64,000 bases of DNA from Marsupella aquatica (taxonomy: Eukaryota > Plantae > Marchantiophyta), in assembly GCA_973895155.1 (NCBI GenBank), contig OZ316899.1, forward strand, positions 248,001 through 312,000. The letters run 5' to 3'. The notes under the pieces are model-generated. The model was not told the DNA's origin. It saw only the letters and a program-made list of their open reading frames with translations, and searched no databases. This document shows, piece by piece, positions 49,793-64,000 of this stretch (the first letter of the stretch is position 1; each line of letters begins with the position of its first letter). The position numbers were made by a program, and so were the translations under genes.

Positions 49793-50665
49793 ATGAAGCT
49801 TGGGTGAAACGATCTGGGGGTCCCAATAACCTACACCAAATGCAAAAGCTAGTCACATCCAATCTAAATCCAATTCTCGTGGCCTATTGAGACTTGAAGA
49901 GTTGTTAACTGGCTTGCTGGCTTACATAATCCATGGGAGTACCCTTCTTTTCTGCCAAAAAGTGAGATTTATAAAGAGTTATTCCCACAAATCTTCACTA
50001 AGTAAATCTAGAACCCCAAACTCTCTAGAGCGAACGCCGTTTTAGTTGTGGCAGTTGTGTCGTAACCAAACCTACTTTACATAACAATTCCTTCTCAAGC
50101 TACGACCAGAGTATCCCTTTGTTTCCTCCCAAATCACATTTCCCGACAAGACTGCTTCTAGGGATCTCCCCGCGAGTTCGGGCACATTTTTAGGTTTGTT
50201 TCCAATACTTGTGCCCCAAGACTTCAGGGACGCTCAGATCTTTCTATTTTACAACTTCAGTAGATGATCCCGAATGCTTGTCACACTGGGACACCCAGGC
50301 TATTCGATAATTTTTTAACAGTGCATCACAACGCATCCGTCTGAGAAGAATAATTTGTAAACTGATTCAGGCACTTGCTCCAAATCATATTATGAACATC
50401 TGTCCAATGTATTCAGAAACTTTTTTCTTCAAATAAACAATGAAGTTATCGTCTGTCTGTCAAGTCCTTTCTCACTAAAAGGATCTTCAGATTGCAGAAG
50501 TGCATAGACAAAGAGATTTCCAGAATCAGAGAATATTAAGCAAAACACCTAAATTGAAAGCGTAACAGATTAGTTGCCATTACCGGAGATTCACGAAATT
50601 CACAAGGCAGATGTCAAAGGGACCAAGTCTTGTGAAAGGTACACCTTTCATTTTGGTGAGATTTA

Positions 50666-50858
50666 TTAGAGAGGTATCCCTTCATTCTTGGTGGCGTCAT
50701 TGCATGTCAAAATTAAACCCTCTATGTTGACTGGGACCAGTAGCTTCAACCATTGGCAGCCTGTAGACATGGGCTCTGGTGGAGGTACTATCATCAGCAC
50801 ATTCTCATTCCTTTGAACAATACCAAAGACAGTCACTGTACTTCCCTCCTTGATATAC
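50666..50858 (-). CDS. SHOU4L: Terminal coding exon of SHOU4/At1g16860-family gene
   Basis: Not in the ORF track. Reads (G)YIKEGSTVTVFGIVQRNENVLMIVPPPEPMSTGCQWLKLLVPVNIEGLILTCNDATKNEGIPL*. AG acceptor at 50860-50859, and the phase-2 junction fits the exon ending at 58401 (GG|G TAT). Confidence 0.93.
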
Positions 50859-53800
50859 CTGGAACAAACCCATAAGATGTGAGCAACTTTTCTACATGAG
50901 GTGAACGTCCATTGTCAGTCAACAGTACAACATCTAAATCAGAGCAGTCTCTCTTCACTTAACGGCAATTCAATTTCACAAATGTACATAAACAAAACCC
51001 CCCGACATTGCCAACATTTACATCAATTGCTGTGCTTAATTGTCCCCCAAAACTGAGATACTAAGCATACAAATTATTTTTTATTCCCATTACTTACGAC
51101 CGGTAGTAAAGACTTTCTCACCATTAAGCGCTATGCTAAAGGCCCTTACCAAGGCCTCTTTCCAGTATCCGAGGTGGAATCAAACCATGCTTTCCTTTCA
51201 AGATTTTAGAGGCAAATGCACATCAATTGATAAATGCGAACAGAAAACAATACTCGAGGCTTGTTCCATTTACTGTTTATTGAGCTCTCGCTGTCCCGAA
51301 TAAATTAGATGACGAGCAACTTCAAATTTGTCCCTAATCAGTGCTGCAGATTTCTACTTCCCATTTCAATCTATCGAGCTGCTCCAAATATTCGTCAAAT
51401 CAAGTACGGTAACTCCTCCTCAACGTCGTGTACAGAACGGACACAAACCATCAAAGCACTTAGATGTAGCACTGCTTGATCCAATTCTTAAGGAATTAGG
51501 TTCCATTGTGCAACTATAGTCCAGTCTATTGTAGAGGAGATTCACTTCATCGATGCCGATTACAATAAAGGGTTCGCTTATCCTAGAATTAGACCTACAG
51601 GGTTGAAAAGTCATAAGCAGATGATTACGATGACCATGTGAAGCAACTGCTCATGATCAGATCCATGGTGACTTTCTCGTCTTCATGGAGGGATAAAGTC
51701 AATGCAAGGTGGGAGCTGGGCTTGAAGAGGAGGGACTCTGAAGCTCCTGGAAACCATGCAAGCATCATCTTTGTAGATATTCGGGACAAGCTTACCCGCA
51801 GTATCCTAATTAGTCATTAAAAAACTGAGTGAGGGGAGGTGATTCTACACTTTCGCGTTTGTGGGAACATATCTTCACCCTCAGTCATATTGTCCAGGAG
51901 AAGATCTTTTGGAAGCCAACGTTTTGCTTCCTTGTTGTGAGAACAGAAAGCACATGATACTATGTGGCGAGAGAATCTCTAGTACAAGCCGTAGCAGTAT
52001 GGCAATCCCGGGAAGGTGTGGCCTACGGTTGAGCTACTACATTACTGTTGGTGTCTAAGGTTGGGTTAATATTATCCGTGGTCGTGAAGACTGGGGGCAG
52101 ACCTTCATGATCTCATTGACCAAATCCTTATCCCCATCAAGGTACCAAATGTTGAAAGGACCAAACGTGGACGGGATGCATTCTTTAGACTGTTGCAAAA
52201 GTCCTTGGAGGTTTTATAGTGATGAAAAATTCTTCCATTGTAGATAACGAACAAGGATTGCGAGCTTACCGGAAGCTATAAGAAGTTTTGACCTGACACA
52301 GTTCTGGGAAAATGTTTCTGCAGAGTTTCTCAACAGCAGGATACTTATACATGAACAGTCTCGAGGGTAGATTCTGACATGGGGCTAAGACAGTCAAAGA
52401 CGTGTTGGATCACATCTTCAACCTCAGTGAGGTTGTGTCCAAGGAAGCCCCCTTCGGCAACTACATTTGCAGACATTTAGCCTACGCAACTGCTTGGCAA
52501 GACGCACTCTGGAAGTACATCTTTTGCGATCTGATAATGGGTGAGAATAGGCGTAATGTTAAGTTGCAGTATCACAATAACAAGAGCTATGTTACAAATC
52601 GTAGCGAAAAGACCAAAAATGTTGTTAGTGATTTCCTTGTCAAAGTTGTTGAAAGTATTATTCCTGGGCTCATGGGCTCATGTTCAGCTAATCACAGTGA
52701 TGGCCTTACAAAACTCGGGATAAATTCCAGGAGCTGATTGGCGTAAAAACAAATTCATGTGAATTGAGACACATGGTAAATGAGGTAACTCTTTCACCTG
52801 TCTCTTCCATTAGTTCGTCAACAATCCAAGTCCGTGGCTGCAAGGTTTGAGCACAATTTTCTTCTGGAAGTCTCAGCTTCTTCTGTAAGTCACATTTGTG
52901 CAGAAGCAAGAAGGAGTTTGGCAAGCATTGCAAAGTCGCAAATCAGACAAAAGAGAAGTTAACGAGGGAACATTCCAAAGCCTGTTGCCTAACACTCCAG
53001 AGGTACGTAGAGACATTGCACTAGCAGCTAGTGGCTCAGACGACAGTTTGCAAATTCGGCCATATAGCCTTAGTGATAGAAGTTCATCATAATTTCCAGA
53101 TATTACGTGAGAAGGCACTGCCAAAGCAACAACAGTCGCTACAAAATTGTGTCGGATAACCCACGTTTACAACCAGCAACTGTTAAAATGACTCGAGAGG
53201 CAGAGATCTGAACTTGGTAGCCCATGATTACCTTTTCAGACAAAGACATCCTAAGATGGTGACCACAAAGGGTGTTCCACACTCTTTGTGATCCCCTTTC
53301 CCACATTCAGTATTGGGACGAGAAAGTTACGCTCCCTCTACAAATCCTAGCTGTACCGAGGCATCTTCGAAAGCTAAAGATGAAGCAGAATTGCTTACAG
53401 TAAGGGTACATTACAAAGAATGTCCTTCCCAGTCACCTATTAGAACAAAAAGGAGAGTGTCCAACCTACCAAATCTGGATATTACAGAGGCAAAAGCAGT
53501 AGCACTGGAACAACAAGAAAGGTAAACCCTCTGAAAGCCCTTGCAATAAATAAATCAGCCCACCACAAGCAGCGACTTTTGATAAACCCTTGCTAGCACT
53601 ATATTCTTAATTTGCAATGCCGTACCCAAACTTCAGACCACAACTCACACCCGAGATGTCCCCAAGCAAGTGCAACAATAGCTAGCCCACGAAACAGGAC
53701 ACACAACCGCTACATCAATCCAGTGTTTTGGACTCAGGAAATGGTAGAGCACAAGCCTTACACTACGACATTCATCTAGAGCGTCGTATAAGAACGGGTA

Positions 53801-56157
53801 ATCGTCGGTACATTACCTTTGTTAAGTATTTCTTCGTGCATTGGGGACGCGTCGACCAGACAGGCTGTATAGCATAAGAACTGGACGTATTGTACTAGCA
53901 TAAAGTACAATATATGTGCACTTTAAAAATTGCAGCATCTACACTCGACTCACAGTTAGTCTCTCCAACTTCACTTATCCGATTGTCTTCAACATCATGC
54001 ATGTCCTGATAAAAGAGCCCAGTGATTAACTGGCACCTGCTAATTTGATAGCTACTGCATCTATGACCCAAGGAATTCAGATCTAGGAAGATGCAGAATT
54101 TGGAAATGAGGTCAGACAAATGATGAGCCTCTCCTATGAGATTGTCAGCCACTAAGTTGCCTCTCCTACTCTGTTATTTTATGACGTTTGGAGGTGACGT
54201 AATTGGAGTCTGGGCGAGATGGGGCCTATTGGTAGTTTAACTCTGTTCAGCAATTCTATGCGCATTAGGGTGACAATGAGGTGCACTGATGGCCGATAGG
54301 AAATTCATTAGAACTACAAACAGCAATTTCCGTGTTAAATTTGAATCTCAGAAAAGAACAATTGGACTTTAAATTTCTGTTGGCAACTCTGACGTAGCAG
54401 GATGTCATTTAGAGATACTGGAGAACTGTAGAATCGATTTTTTTGGAAAGGATTATAACTATTGTGACCATTCGGGACTCCGCACATTATCGGATCATGA
54501 CCTTTGTTGCTGCAATTGATGAAACCTATACTAGTTTCAGATTGTATCGGTGCCTTGTCCATCTGTCGAGGAAGGTCAGGGTCTCCTTTGACGAGTTTTG
54601 AGACCATCTCCTTCCTACACGACGTAAACTGTGCAGTGGTAAGGGAAGAGCAATGACAGCCGGTTGGAAGGTAATACTTGACATGGGTGGCTCTAGACCA
54701 GATGGTTCTAAAATCGAGGGATATATACCCTCTAGCAAATGTCGGAAGGAACTGCAAGTTCAAACATATTTTGAGGCTTGGGGGATATCCCTCTTACTCA
54801 CAGCCACTGCAGGGTTTAGGGTATCCCCCAAGCCTTATATAGTTGGGGTCTGTCTGGGAACTTTCTGCTTTTTCAGGTTCACCCGTGGGTTGAAATACAT
54901 CAAGTATGAATAAGTTGTACGTCAGGTACGCAGTCTAGGGAAGGGCCAGTTACAAGTAAGGGCATGGCCTGTGATCATAACCCCTGAGTAGGCGGCAAAG
55001 GCTATAGAAAGGCAAGAGATCTATTCCTCTCGTTCTAGCCAACGGTAGTGACGTTTTGCTTGGAGATTTTAGTGTCCGCACAGAAAACCAGTTGACATTG
55101 GTGATGTAATTTGAACTCGGTAAGACAAAACGAACTCACACAATCGCCATTTGATCCAGCCCCTCAGTGGGCTGGATCTTCTTCCTCTAAATAACTGCCA
55201 AGATCGACATCTGCTGTCTGGAAAAAACGAAGATTTCCTTAGAGCCAGGGAAGTGGATCTTTCGCAAAAGGAGAGCAGAGGACTTGAAGGACAGGCCATC
55301 CATGCTTGCTCTGTTAGTGGTCTCAGCTCCTAGTGGCCCAATCTGATCAATAGATACCATCCCTGCGGGCCTGGATATTGCAAGACCTCATTTAGTATTG
55401 AACTTTCCTGTTGGGACGGACACTGAACTCTTTTCTTAGATGTGTTTAGGGAGTGCCCTAAAGTGGTAGTTTCAAGATTTAAAGCTTTCCTTTGCGAAAC
55501 GAGGGGAGTCTATTAAAGTGACATGTTGTCCTACAAGAGTGCATGTCACTAAGAAGATTAGTAACAGATGCAAGAGGAGGTTCACGGGATGGTGAAGGCT
55601 AACAAGGCAGTGCTAAAGCATCATTGTATTGACTCTGATCAGAGACACAACTCCTAGAAATCCTACTGCGTAACTAAAAATGCCATAAGCAAGGATTCCC
55701 TATATTAAGGGAGCGGACACCTCGGCAAGAGAAGCAGAGATCTAGAGTGAAGAGAGATGAATTCAGAAGGCGGATCCGAGAGTAGAAACATACACAAATG
55801 TGTTGATCCTCTATTCACTCTGAGTCAGATAGTTCAAGATGCTTGTGACTTGGGATGCCACCTGCCCTATTGTTTCTTCATATTACGAAAGCAAGGTACT
55901 GTTTGGGGGTGATGCTCTTGTCATACGAGCTTTGGAGATAAAGGGACTAGAGGCTAGATTTGGCAAAAAATAGAGCCACAGTATAGCACCACAAGGAGCT
56001 GTGTTCTCATCTATACTGAGGAAACCAGAATGTTTGCCATCAATTAGAGTTCAGCTCATGGCATTGAATTGAACTTGTCTCTCAAATCACATTAAACGAG
56101 GAGAACGTCTCGTCATTGAGTACTGTCTTGATAAACTTCACCATCTGATGACCCTTC

Positions 56158-56303
56158 TTCGACATCTGTTTGTACTCTTCCAAATGTCAGTATCGACGTC
56201 GAGTAACGCAGTTTTCCCAGCCCTCTTCTATTCGACATCTGTTTGTACTTTTCCAAATGTCAGTATCGACGTCGAGTAACGCAGTTTTCCCAGCCCTCTT
56301 CTA
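56158..56303. repeat. 73-bp tandem duplication in intron
   Basis: 56158-56230 and 56231-56303 differ at one position. Confidence 0.92.
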
Positions 56304-56949
56304 GTTAGGTAATATGACGACCACTAACATCCAATGCATCAGTGGATGTTGGCATGTACAGCCAATTAGCAAATCTGAAACCCTTCTATCTCGATTTAGA
56401 AGGGCTCACCTTCAAGGCTCCGTATGATCACTTTACACCTGTCCGGGAGGAACCCTCTGATGAAAAATCCGAGCCGTTCTCACTTCTTTTGCTACCAGAC
56501 TGACAAGCGTGCATATGCCCACACCACCAGTACGCAGGACATTTGAGGAATTTGCAAAGACAATTCCCAGGTATCTTGGCCACCACATACGTGTTTGTTA
56601 TTCTCAGCCGCGACTTCTACGATCTTCATGTGCTTCATGCCATTGGCTGGGAAAGTTGTTAGTTCCCAGGCGGTTCCACTACTGAGCACTTGCAATTTTT
56701 CTGGTACTCCTCGATTGCGGTTTGGTCTCACTGGAATAACCTGCTGATACTTCCTTATCCAATCGAAATCAAGGTAGTTTTCAATTGGCCTCTCTGGAGT
56801 TGATTGAATACAGTGGAACATGCATCCAATGATGGAACTACAAAACTTGATCCGAAGCACCTACCATGCCGAGATTTGAGTGAAAATACATTCCATGGCT
56901 TCTGGGCATAGTTGATCTGTCTTCAAGTATGCCGTCTCCAAGTAGTAGC

Positions 56950-57110
56950 CTGAAATAGTAGGTCCAATTAAGTCCGGTTGCCTCTAAAAATGGTGCTCTA
57001 TGGTATCTATTCGGGTTACCAGCACATTTCGCCGCTTTGAGAGCTCAATCGATTCTCCAGGATTGTCCATAGATTAGTAATCTGACACCCTATTATCTTT
57101 TGCCAAATTT
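56950..57110 (-). mobile_element. LINE zf-RVT-like relic in intron
   Basis: LWTILENRL followed in a shifted frame by DTIEHHF, resembling FLW..L.NRL...ETIEHLF. Confidence 0.4.
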
Positions 57111-58400
57111 GAATCCATATCGAATGAAATTTTCACAATTATGCAAGCTGCAACATTATTCTTGCATCAGTTGGTCTGAGTGACAATTAATAACCAGGTC
57201 TAATCACAATTCTAATGGTGATTCACGTCTCCAATACTTCCCGATCAAAGCAAGGGCTTTATCATATTCCTCTAAAGATCAATATCTGATCTTCCCTGCC
57301 TTCCGAGGGTGATGCACACTCCCTCCGTCCCGCTGACCCTACTTGGCTTCTAAAAGTAAATCCAGACGCTGTGGAACCACTTATTTCAGACAATTGCAGT
57401 TTTGAGCTGAAAATTTGATATATATTGCGTGTCTTCCTAGTGCATTAACTTAGGTATTCTACCGGAAGACTCCACCGTCAAGAGGTACGAAATTTCAACA
57501 ATGTGCCCGGCCAATGAGAACAACATCGGAGTTCCAGGATTTTCAGCATGAACTAGCAACACTGGCACCCGGCAGAAATTCAGCTCAGGATAGATTCTAC
57601 TTAAGTAAACAAGAAGGAGAGCTTTGAAGCAGGATGGTGAGGATAAGGATGATGGCGAGGCTTTAGTCTGCTTTACTGCGGTATTTGATCGAACGTGGTG
57701 CATGATCTGCCTGATTGCAAGGCAAACGACGCAGAACGGCTGAAGTTACCGTAACAGTAGAGCACATCCCAGAGTAGGTTGAAAACAATTCTAAGGACCT
57801 GGAGTAGACACAAAAAGCTGCGGCACTGATGTGTGTTGCGATCGTTGGTCTTCTTGTGTTAATGATTTAGTAGAGACTAAAACCTGGAAAGGTCCCCTCA
57901 CTAGCTTCCCACAACTCTTAGAACTCAGCTGACACGACTCCTAAACCTATCCCTTGTCTTTAGTCCCATTCTCCTGTCTTTGTCCATTCCGTAGCAGGTA
58001 ACTGTTTCTGATAATAATCAGCCACTGACACACCTAAAAAATAAAGTGAACCTAGCGCATTTGAAAATCAACCATACAAAGGTGCTTCTGAAGTTCAATC
58101 CGGTCCAGGCTTCAATACTAGAGCAGATGGTTTACTGTGGGCACAGTACAGGGTTTAATAGATCAGGCAACGGTCTTACCGGAGGGAAATAGTCCCGATA
58201 TCACTAGGCGGACTAGACCTACCAGCTACTCTTGAAAAACGCCCCGATACATGTTCAGATATCAGTAAAGATAGATTTTAGTGTCAATTTGATTATTGGT
58301 CCGTACCTGCGATTATACACAAAATTCTGACGTGGGAGTACAGTAGGATGCACAAAAGCCAATACCCAACCAGTTTGCCAGCAAATTGCATTTCACGTAC

Positions 58401-58612
58401 CCTTCTTTAAGCCGCATCGCTCGATCACTGGTACAAAGATTTCTTTCTGATAGCCAGCACAGGAAGTCAGGTGGAACTTCCTTGCAAGCAGGCGACATAT
58501 TCACAACTGTGCTGTCCTCTACGTAGGCCCTCAGCTGTGCTCCATAGCCAGCTTTCACGAGAGCCCGTAGGCCCGACTGCAGGTCTGAGATATAAAAGTC
58601 GACAACATGTTT
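58401..58612 (-). CDS. SHOU4L: Penultimate coding exon of SHOU4/At1g16860-family plasma-membrane protein gene
   Basis: KHVVDFYISDLQSGLRALVKAGYGAQLRAYVEDSTVVN...WLSERNL...MRLKEG matches the recalled At1g16860 sequence (RHVVDFYISDFQSGLRALVK...MRLKEG). AG acceptor at 58614-58613 and GT donor at 58400-58399. Orthology to SHOU4 versus SHOU4L cannot be resolved here. Confidence 0.93.
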
Positions 58613-61600
58613 CTGCAACATCATTCCATTTCAAAAAATTGGAAACACGAACAGGTCGCAAAATTAAAACATTGCTGAGTAACAAAACAGAGACCACAAT
58701 TGAAAAATCATCAAGATGCAAGAGAAGTTTTTAAACAATCAAGCAATTCAAATCGTGCGCCAAACGTTCATGCATTCTCGTCAAAAATGTTCTCTGAATT
58801 AAATGCGAGCTCAAAATCAACTTCATTTGGTTAAAAAAATAGAAGAACGATTGCATTGGACTTTCAAGTACAGAAAAGACATAGTTGGGGCAACGGACTG
58901 ACGGCAAAAGAAACAATTCCTGGAAGAAAGGTAAATGTTGCAAGAAAGACTTGACTTAATTTGCAAAGATCTACATGTGCTTCACCATAGGAATGGACAA
59001 ATGAACACAAAATTAACTGCATGCAATCCTCCCTGTACATGAGTCGGCATCACCAGGTCTGGATGTCTCTCAAGATTCAGCTTCGGCTTGGTGTTTTCTC
59101 GATCTCCTTTTAGAAAATGAAGGAATCCACTCAAGTTTATCGCGCATTTCGGAAAACCGTAGATCTGACTTTCGGCCCCAGAACTGGGGAGCATTCTACA
59201 ATATTCGGCATTCCGAACAAGCGATATTTAGTCATGAACGCCATTCAAAACCTCGGGGCGCAAGCTGTTTCATGTCCTGTCAGCCAGGAAATTAGTTTTT
59301 CAGGGCCAGTCGGAAATTACAGTTTCCAAACTCAGCAATCATTCCGGGACAAGTACTTGTCACTCTTCAGATTTCGAGATTCGTCGTACCCCTCCATTGC
59401 AAGCCTCAATGATCAAAGACTGGGCAGCTCGTTGATGACATTTAAATCTTCTGTGCTTTTTAGGGCCGGAGGTCTGGTACATGGTGTTCAAATCTTACAC
59501 GAGAGGCGAGTTACAGGACTAATCTTGGAGTTTGCTCAAAACCCCAGTGCTTTCAGGCTATACCTATCTAGGCCATGAATTTTCGGAAGCCTATATGTGG
59601 ACAGCAGATATCCTTCAACCTGTCGCAAAAAGAACATTACAATAACCATGGTCTTGTCAAGCTGGACTGGAAATTTAGGGTAAGTTAATTGAAATTCGCA
59701 GTAAAACATATGCTTTGCAACATATGATGAGCCCAACCTCAAGGATAGTGTAGCAGTTTGGTTCGAGAACACCAGGCCCAGAGCTAATTTTAAATTCGTT
59801 CAATTGGACGGCACCGAGGGTTTCTGCTTCCTTCCGAGTAGACATTATTGCAATTTCTGTCCAAGGGTTTGGAGGCTAGACGACAGGTAGCTCTGCCGAA
59901 AAGAGAGGCATCAGCTCGCAGTACAAGCTAGAGGAAGTTTTGAACGAGTCCAACCTCACCAAATACTCCGTAGTACCGTTGTTTGGGTCCGTTTTTCTTC
60001 TGGTGTGGATGGTTCATTGAAGTCCGTTTAGAGCAAAATCCCGGAAGTCCCAACAATATCCATCATCAGTCCCGGACTACGGAAGTGAGTCAATCCCTTG
60101 TGCTCGTCCTGTTGCACAATGGCACGGGTATATGGATGCTAGGCTACAGCAAACGTTGCGAAGGAGTACAGTCCTTGTCGCCAGCTCCACCTGCATCCCT
60201 CAATTGCTGTACTCACCGCCTACAATATCTCAGTAGCATGTTCATTTCCACAAATAGGACCAAGGACTTTTGGCCCGAGTTTTCTCCAAACACTATCTCA
60301 CCCCAGATACAGATACCATCCGCAAATCCTCATTGACACCATCCAAACTATCCTTTCTATGCAATACACACCGCTACAACGCACATAAGCATCACCCAGT
60401 GCTTCCCCAGGCGGTACCTGATGAACTAAAAAATGGAACAGCTAAGGAACGGCCTATCCCATTCTCGGGACGACAGTGCCCAATTCAGCAGCGGTTGTTC
60501 CCATTAAATTAGAACACCCAGGATAATGGATCCCAAGAAGCAAGGATCGGTGGCTCTAGGCAAAGCTTTAAAACCCGACAACAACTTGGTTCTAGAAAAT
60601 GGTCCTTGTAAACCACCCAGAGATGCTTTCCGTACATGCGGACTGCAACTGAGTACTATCAGTTCCTCTTCGAGATTAAAAAGCCTCGGACATGAACCCT
60701 TGATACAAAAGACATAACAACTGGGATCGAATATCAGCAATAAGATTTTCTGTGGCACAGCGACACTTGAAGGCTTCCCACCTGACTGACGACCTCGTAA
60801 ATCCTTGAGCAGAACCATAAATTGTGTCCAGCAAACTAGATAGCAATCATGGTTAAACCCCCCACCGGGAAACTCCATAGACATATCGTTGACAACTAGA
60901 TTAGCACAGCCGGGAAGTTTATGGGAGCAATGCAGTTCAGCTAATATCGTTCGTAGAACAGAGTTCCACAAAAGACCCACTCTTACGTCCCTATATAACT
61001 TTTGGAAGAAGAGAGTTGATTTCCAACCACGCCACATAGTATGAAACATATTCAAGGGTATCGGCGTCCTGCACACTATTGACAGCAATGAAAGCCACTC
61101 ATGAAAAGGTCCTGTGATGCCGAATTCTGGGATCCATCAAGGACTTGGCGCAGCCAACTTGAACGGATACAAACGAAACTCATTGCACCCTATCAAAAAT
61201 ATGCCAGATGAATTTGAAGAGATACTACTGGAAACTGAAAATCCTTGCCATTCGGAACATGATCGTGTTCTTCGAACAAATCTAGAACTTCTCACTATCT
61301 AGGCTACTTCATCGTGCAATGTAGCATCACAGCTCCAACGCAAACCACAAAGAACGAATGGTTTCCTAAGGCCAAAGCCCTGAGGGAAACGGGACAGAGT
61401 GCCATGCAGCAGTAAGCAAGAAAAGGTCAAAACATTCGGGATTCTAGAACTTCTATCAATTGTTGCGCTTGTGCTGTCGGAAGCTTGTGTGAAATTTTCC
61501 ATAAAAATGCTTTATCACTGTTGGCAAAAGTGAACAGTAGCCAAAGAGATTTAACCGAGACGTCGTATTAGAAACCCAAACCCCTGGCGTTCCGAACATC

Positions 61601-62509
61601 TGTCACGTTGTATATTCTCTTACATGGGACTATGGACCATTAAGGTTCATCGATCCTTTGACTGATGCTGTTAGCGGTCGAGGCTTTCGGACAGTCACAA
61701 GTAATTCCATAAGAACTGACTTGAGCAATCAAGCAAGTGCGCAAGGACCTCACACCACTAGGTGCTCTGAAGAAGAGCGAAAACACGGAAATAGAGCAAC
61801 ACGGGCCTCGGAAGTCTGTTAATCTTCAAACATCTCGGGAGCATACGTACTGGTGATGTCGCAAACAAGGAAAACATCTGCACGTAGGTTTCAACTCCCG
61901 AGAAGATCTTGTCCCGTGCAATCACTGCTCCTAGCCATACGCAAAGGACCAATTGGCAGCATCATACTACGGTTGTGTCTAGCTGGCAGCCAAAAACTAT
62001 TGTGGTCTTAACGAATCGGCTATAGTATGTACATCAACTTTTCGTTAGATTTTTTGGTTATTCCGATATTTTTACGGAAAATGCAATAGGAATGAATGCA
62101 ACTTAATATCATTGTAGTTACATGCATCATTAACCATTAGGATTTGTTTTCGTTTCCGTCTCCCTCACTTCGATGTACGGTAAGCAATAGTCTCTGGAAA
62201 AGTGAACTCAGCCAACAGGGCAAAAACGTCCACCGGAATTCAGTCTAAATACTTTGAGAAAGGTAGGAAATCTACTGAAATCAGCCATGCGCAAGGTCTG
62301 CATAGATAAAATCGGGTACAAATCCTCACTTGGGGCTAGGAAAGAAAGTATCAAGTGGCTGTTGTTTGAGCGGGACTGGATAAACTAGAGATCGGCAAGA
62401 ATCCAATCATCCCGAAGTGAACAAACAATATTATATTCCTCAATCTCGTCACTACATGTGGGAGGCACGTTGCGACAACAGGTATCTGGGTCGTGTCAGA
62501 GGACAACAC

Positions 62510-63480
62510 GATTAAGATACTCCAATCATTGAGTTCGTACAAATAAGTTTCCGATCAATTTCTTTGCTAAACAAGACTCCGGATAGAATCAGATGAATGG
62601 GTACTATAAGTTTTGCAGGTACTAGCTTGACATTGGACATTAAAAGTATCACGCCTCGTCCCAGTAATATATGTCGAGCCCAGTGCTGTAGAGCTTGGCT
62701 AGGAGAGGGCTTACCATGAACCCGCTGCATTCCCAGTCTGAGTAAAACCTTCCAGTGAACTTCGATGGTAGAGATATGCAGTCCAAGCAGAGTAGGACTC
62801 GTTTCCCACGGTCGGCATTTAATCTTGACAAAAACATAGGTGAGGATTAGAGTTCGTAAGGGCCTGAAACCCGGATGTCCAGCACTACAAAGAAATTTTC
62901 ATTTCGGTCGGTATTTGAGAGTTGGCGGAGCATCCTCTGCATCCCCTAGCAAAATTCGGGGCGCGGCTCTTAGGGACAATCTTCCCTGCCTTACACAAAT
63001 TCCATTTAAATTGCGACGTATTCCACTCATGTAGCAGCTTGGAATCTGAGTCCACAGTATACCCACCACTTTCTTCCAGCTGATCTTGTTGCACTCCTGT
63101 TCATGGGAGGGGGGTCAAGGAGAGCGATTTTTTCCTCACACTTCAATGCATTCCCAAAAAGGTAAAACTTGTGAACCAATGCGTTCCAGAGTTTAGTAGT
63201 TCATTATGTAAGGTCGAGTGTCCTTACCAAATCTCTAGTGAGTTCCGCACGATGCATTTCCCTAAATTTTCCGCCATCGAAAAGTATCTCACCCGCAGCA
63301 AACGTCCCGCGTGATTGTAGGATAACTGTGGGGACATTGAGATCACCCACCTTTTCAAACCTATCTACATCCTTTACAAGACTCTTAACAATTAAAATCT
63401 GTGGTTCCTTATCAAAATTCGATATAATTTCAATGAGGTCCTGCTTCAGGACACCTATCTCCGGTCACAGTCCCTAATTC
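62510..63480 (-). mobile_element. Decayed L1-type LINE ORF2 relic (RT and post-RT region) in intron
   Basis: Minus-strand fragments in LINE order: ECNKISWKKVVGIL, GICVRQG, TLLGLHIS (YLG-like), LQHWARHILLGRGVILLMSNV (L..W...LS..GR..L...V-like). Many stops. Confidence 0.5.
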
Positions 63481-64000
63481 GGGGCCTAGACTTGTTCTCG
63501 AAAGGTATATTCTGCCAGCCGTCCATCATGTTGCTGTTTGAAACAAGAAAGCTGCGCTTGAGCTACATAATCGCACGGTGAGAGATTCCGCTTCCAAAGC
63601 TAACAGTTCCCTTAAAATCATCTAACTATCTCCATACTAAGATCAATGACTGCAACTCTATGCAGTAGTCACATGTATCCCCAAAGCGGACTACGATGCA
63701 TACGTCGCTGTAGGTGTGCACACAGCCAGCAGGTTATTATTCAGGACAGCCTGCTAGTTTGTAGTATTGTTGATGGACGTATGAATGTACACGAATTTCT
63801 GTACCACCCAGATCATACATCAGTGGGTCCATGACCCAGATCACAAGTCATGATTAGATGTACAGCAGGTTAGTGATCAGACCACGTCTTTGAATACAGC
63901 TTTGAATGTTCTCGCTAGAACATTCTTACTACAGATCGACAATTCGTTGGCCTACTCATTGGACATCGAACTAAGAAATCCTGGTTTACTATATTATCGA

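Noticed and set aside
59117-61088. ORFs 59117-59578 (+) and 60504-61088 (-) as genes, or WRGWKS as the missing SHOU4 exon
   Set aside because: They lack the VVTCG...CVYTS...LYEYRGW context and splice sites, and fit better as intronic TE debris.

Overview
This is a land-plant nuclear window dominated by transposons; TTTAGGG-type repeats and a SHOU4-family gene support the plant assignment. The centre is a structurally complete Ty3/gypsy non-chromovirus (Athila-like) LTR retrotransposon at 14563-34682, with 2335-bp LTRs, a GGCGA target-site duplication, a tRNA-Asp-type PBS and a gag-pol carrying stops and one frameshift. A complete Ty1/copia (Tnt1/Tork-like) element is nested in it in reverse orientation (17996-24770, ATTAA TSD, four in-frame stops). 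The gypsy element has unusual accessory coding capacity: an ORF inside the LTR (apparent U3) and a 284-aa ORF 5' of gag that is restored in frame when the copia is removed. The LTR ORF shares a YxxKxxECLxxLKLxLxE motif with a decayed ORF at 1043-1096 (-). The flanks (about 3-14 kb and 36-41 kb) look like Helitron-type mosaics with 3' hairpins, tandem arrays, telomere-motif repeats and decayed plant-mobile-domain-like ORFs. The right end holds the last two exons of a SHOU4/At1g16860-family gene (- strand) with long introns containing LINE relics. No rRNA, tRNA gene or CRISPR array was seen. All family assignments come from motif recognition by eye; no database search was run.
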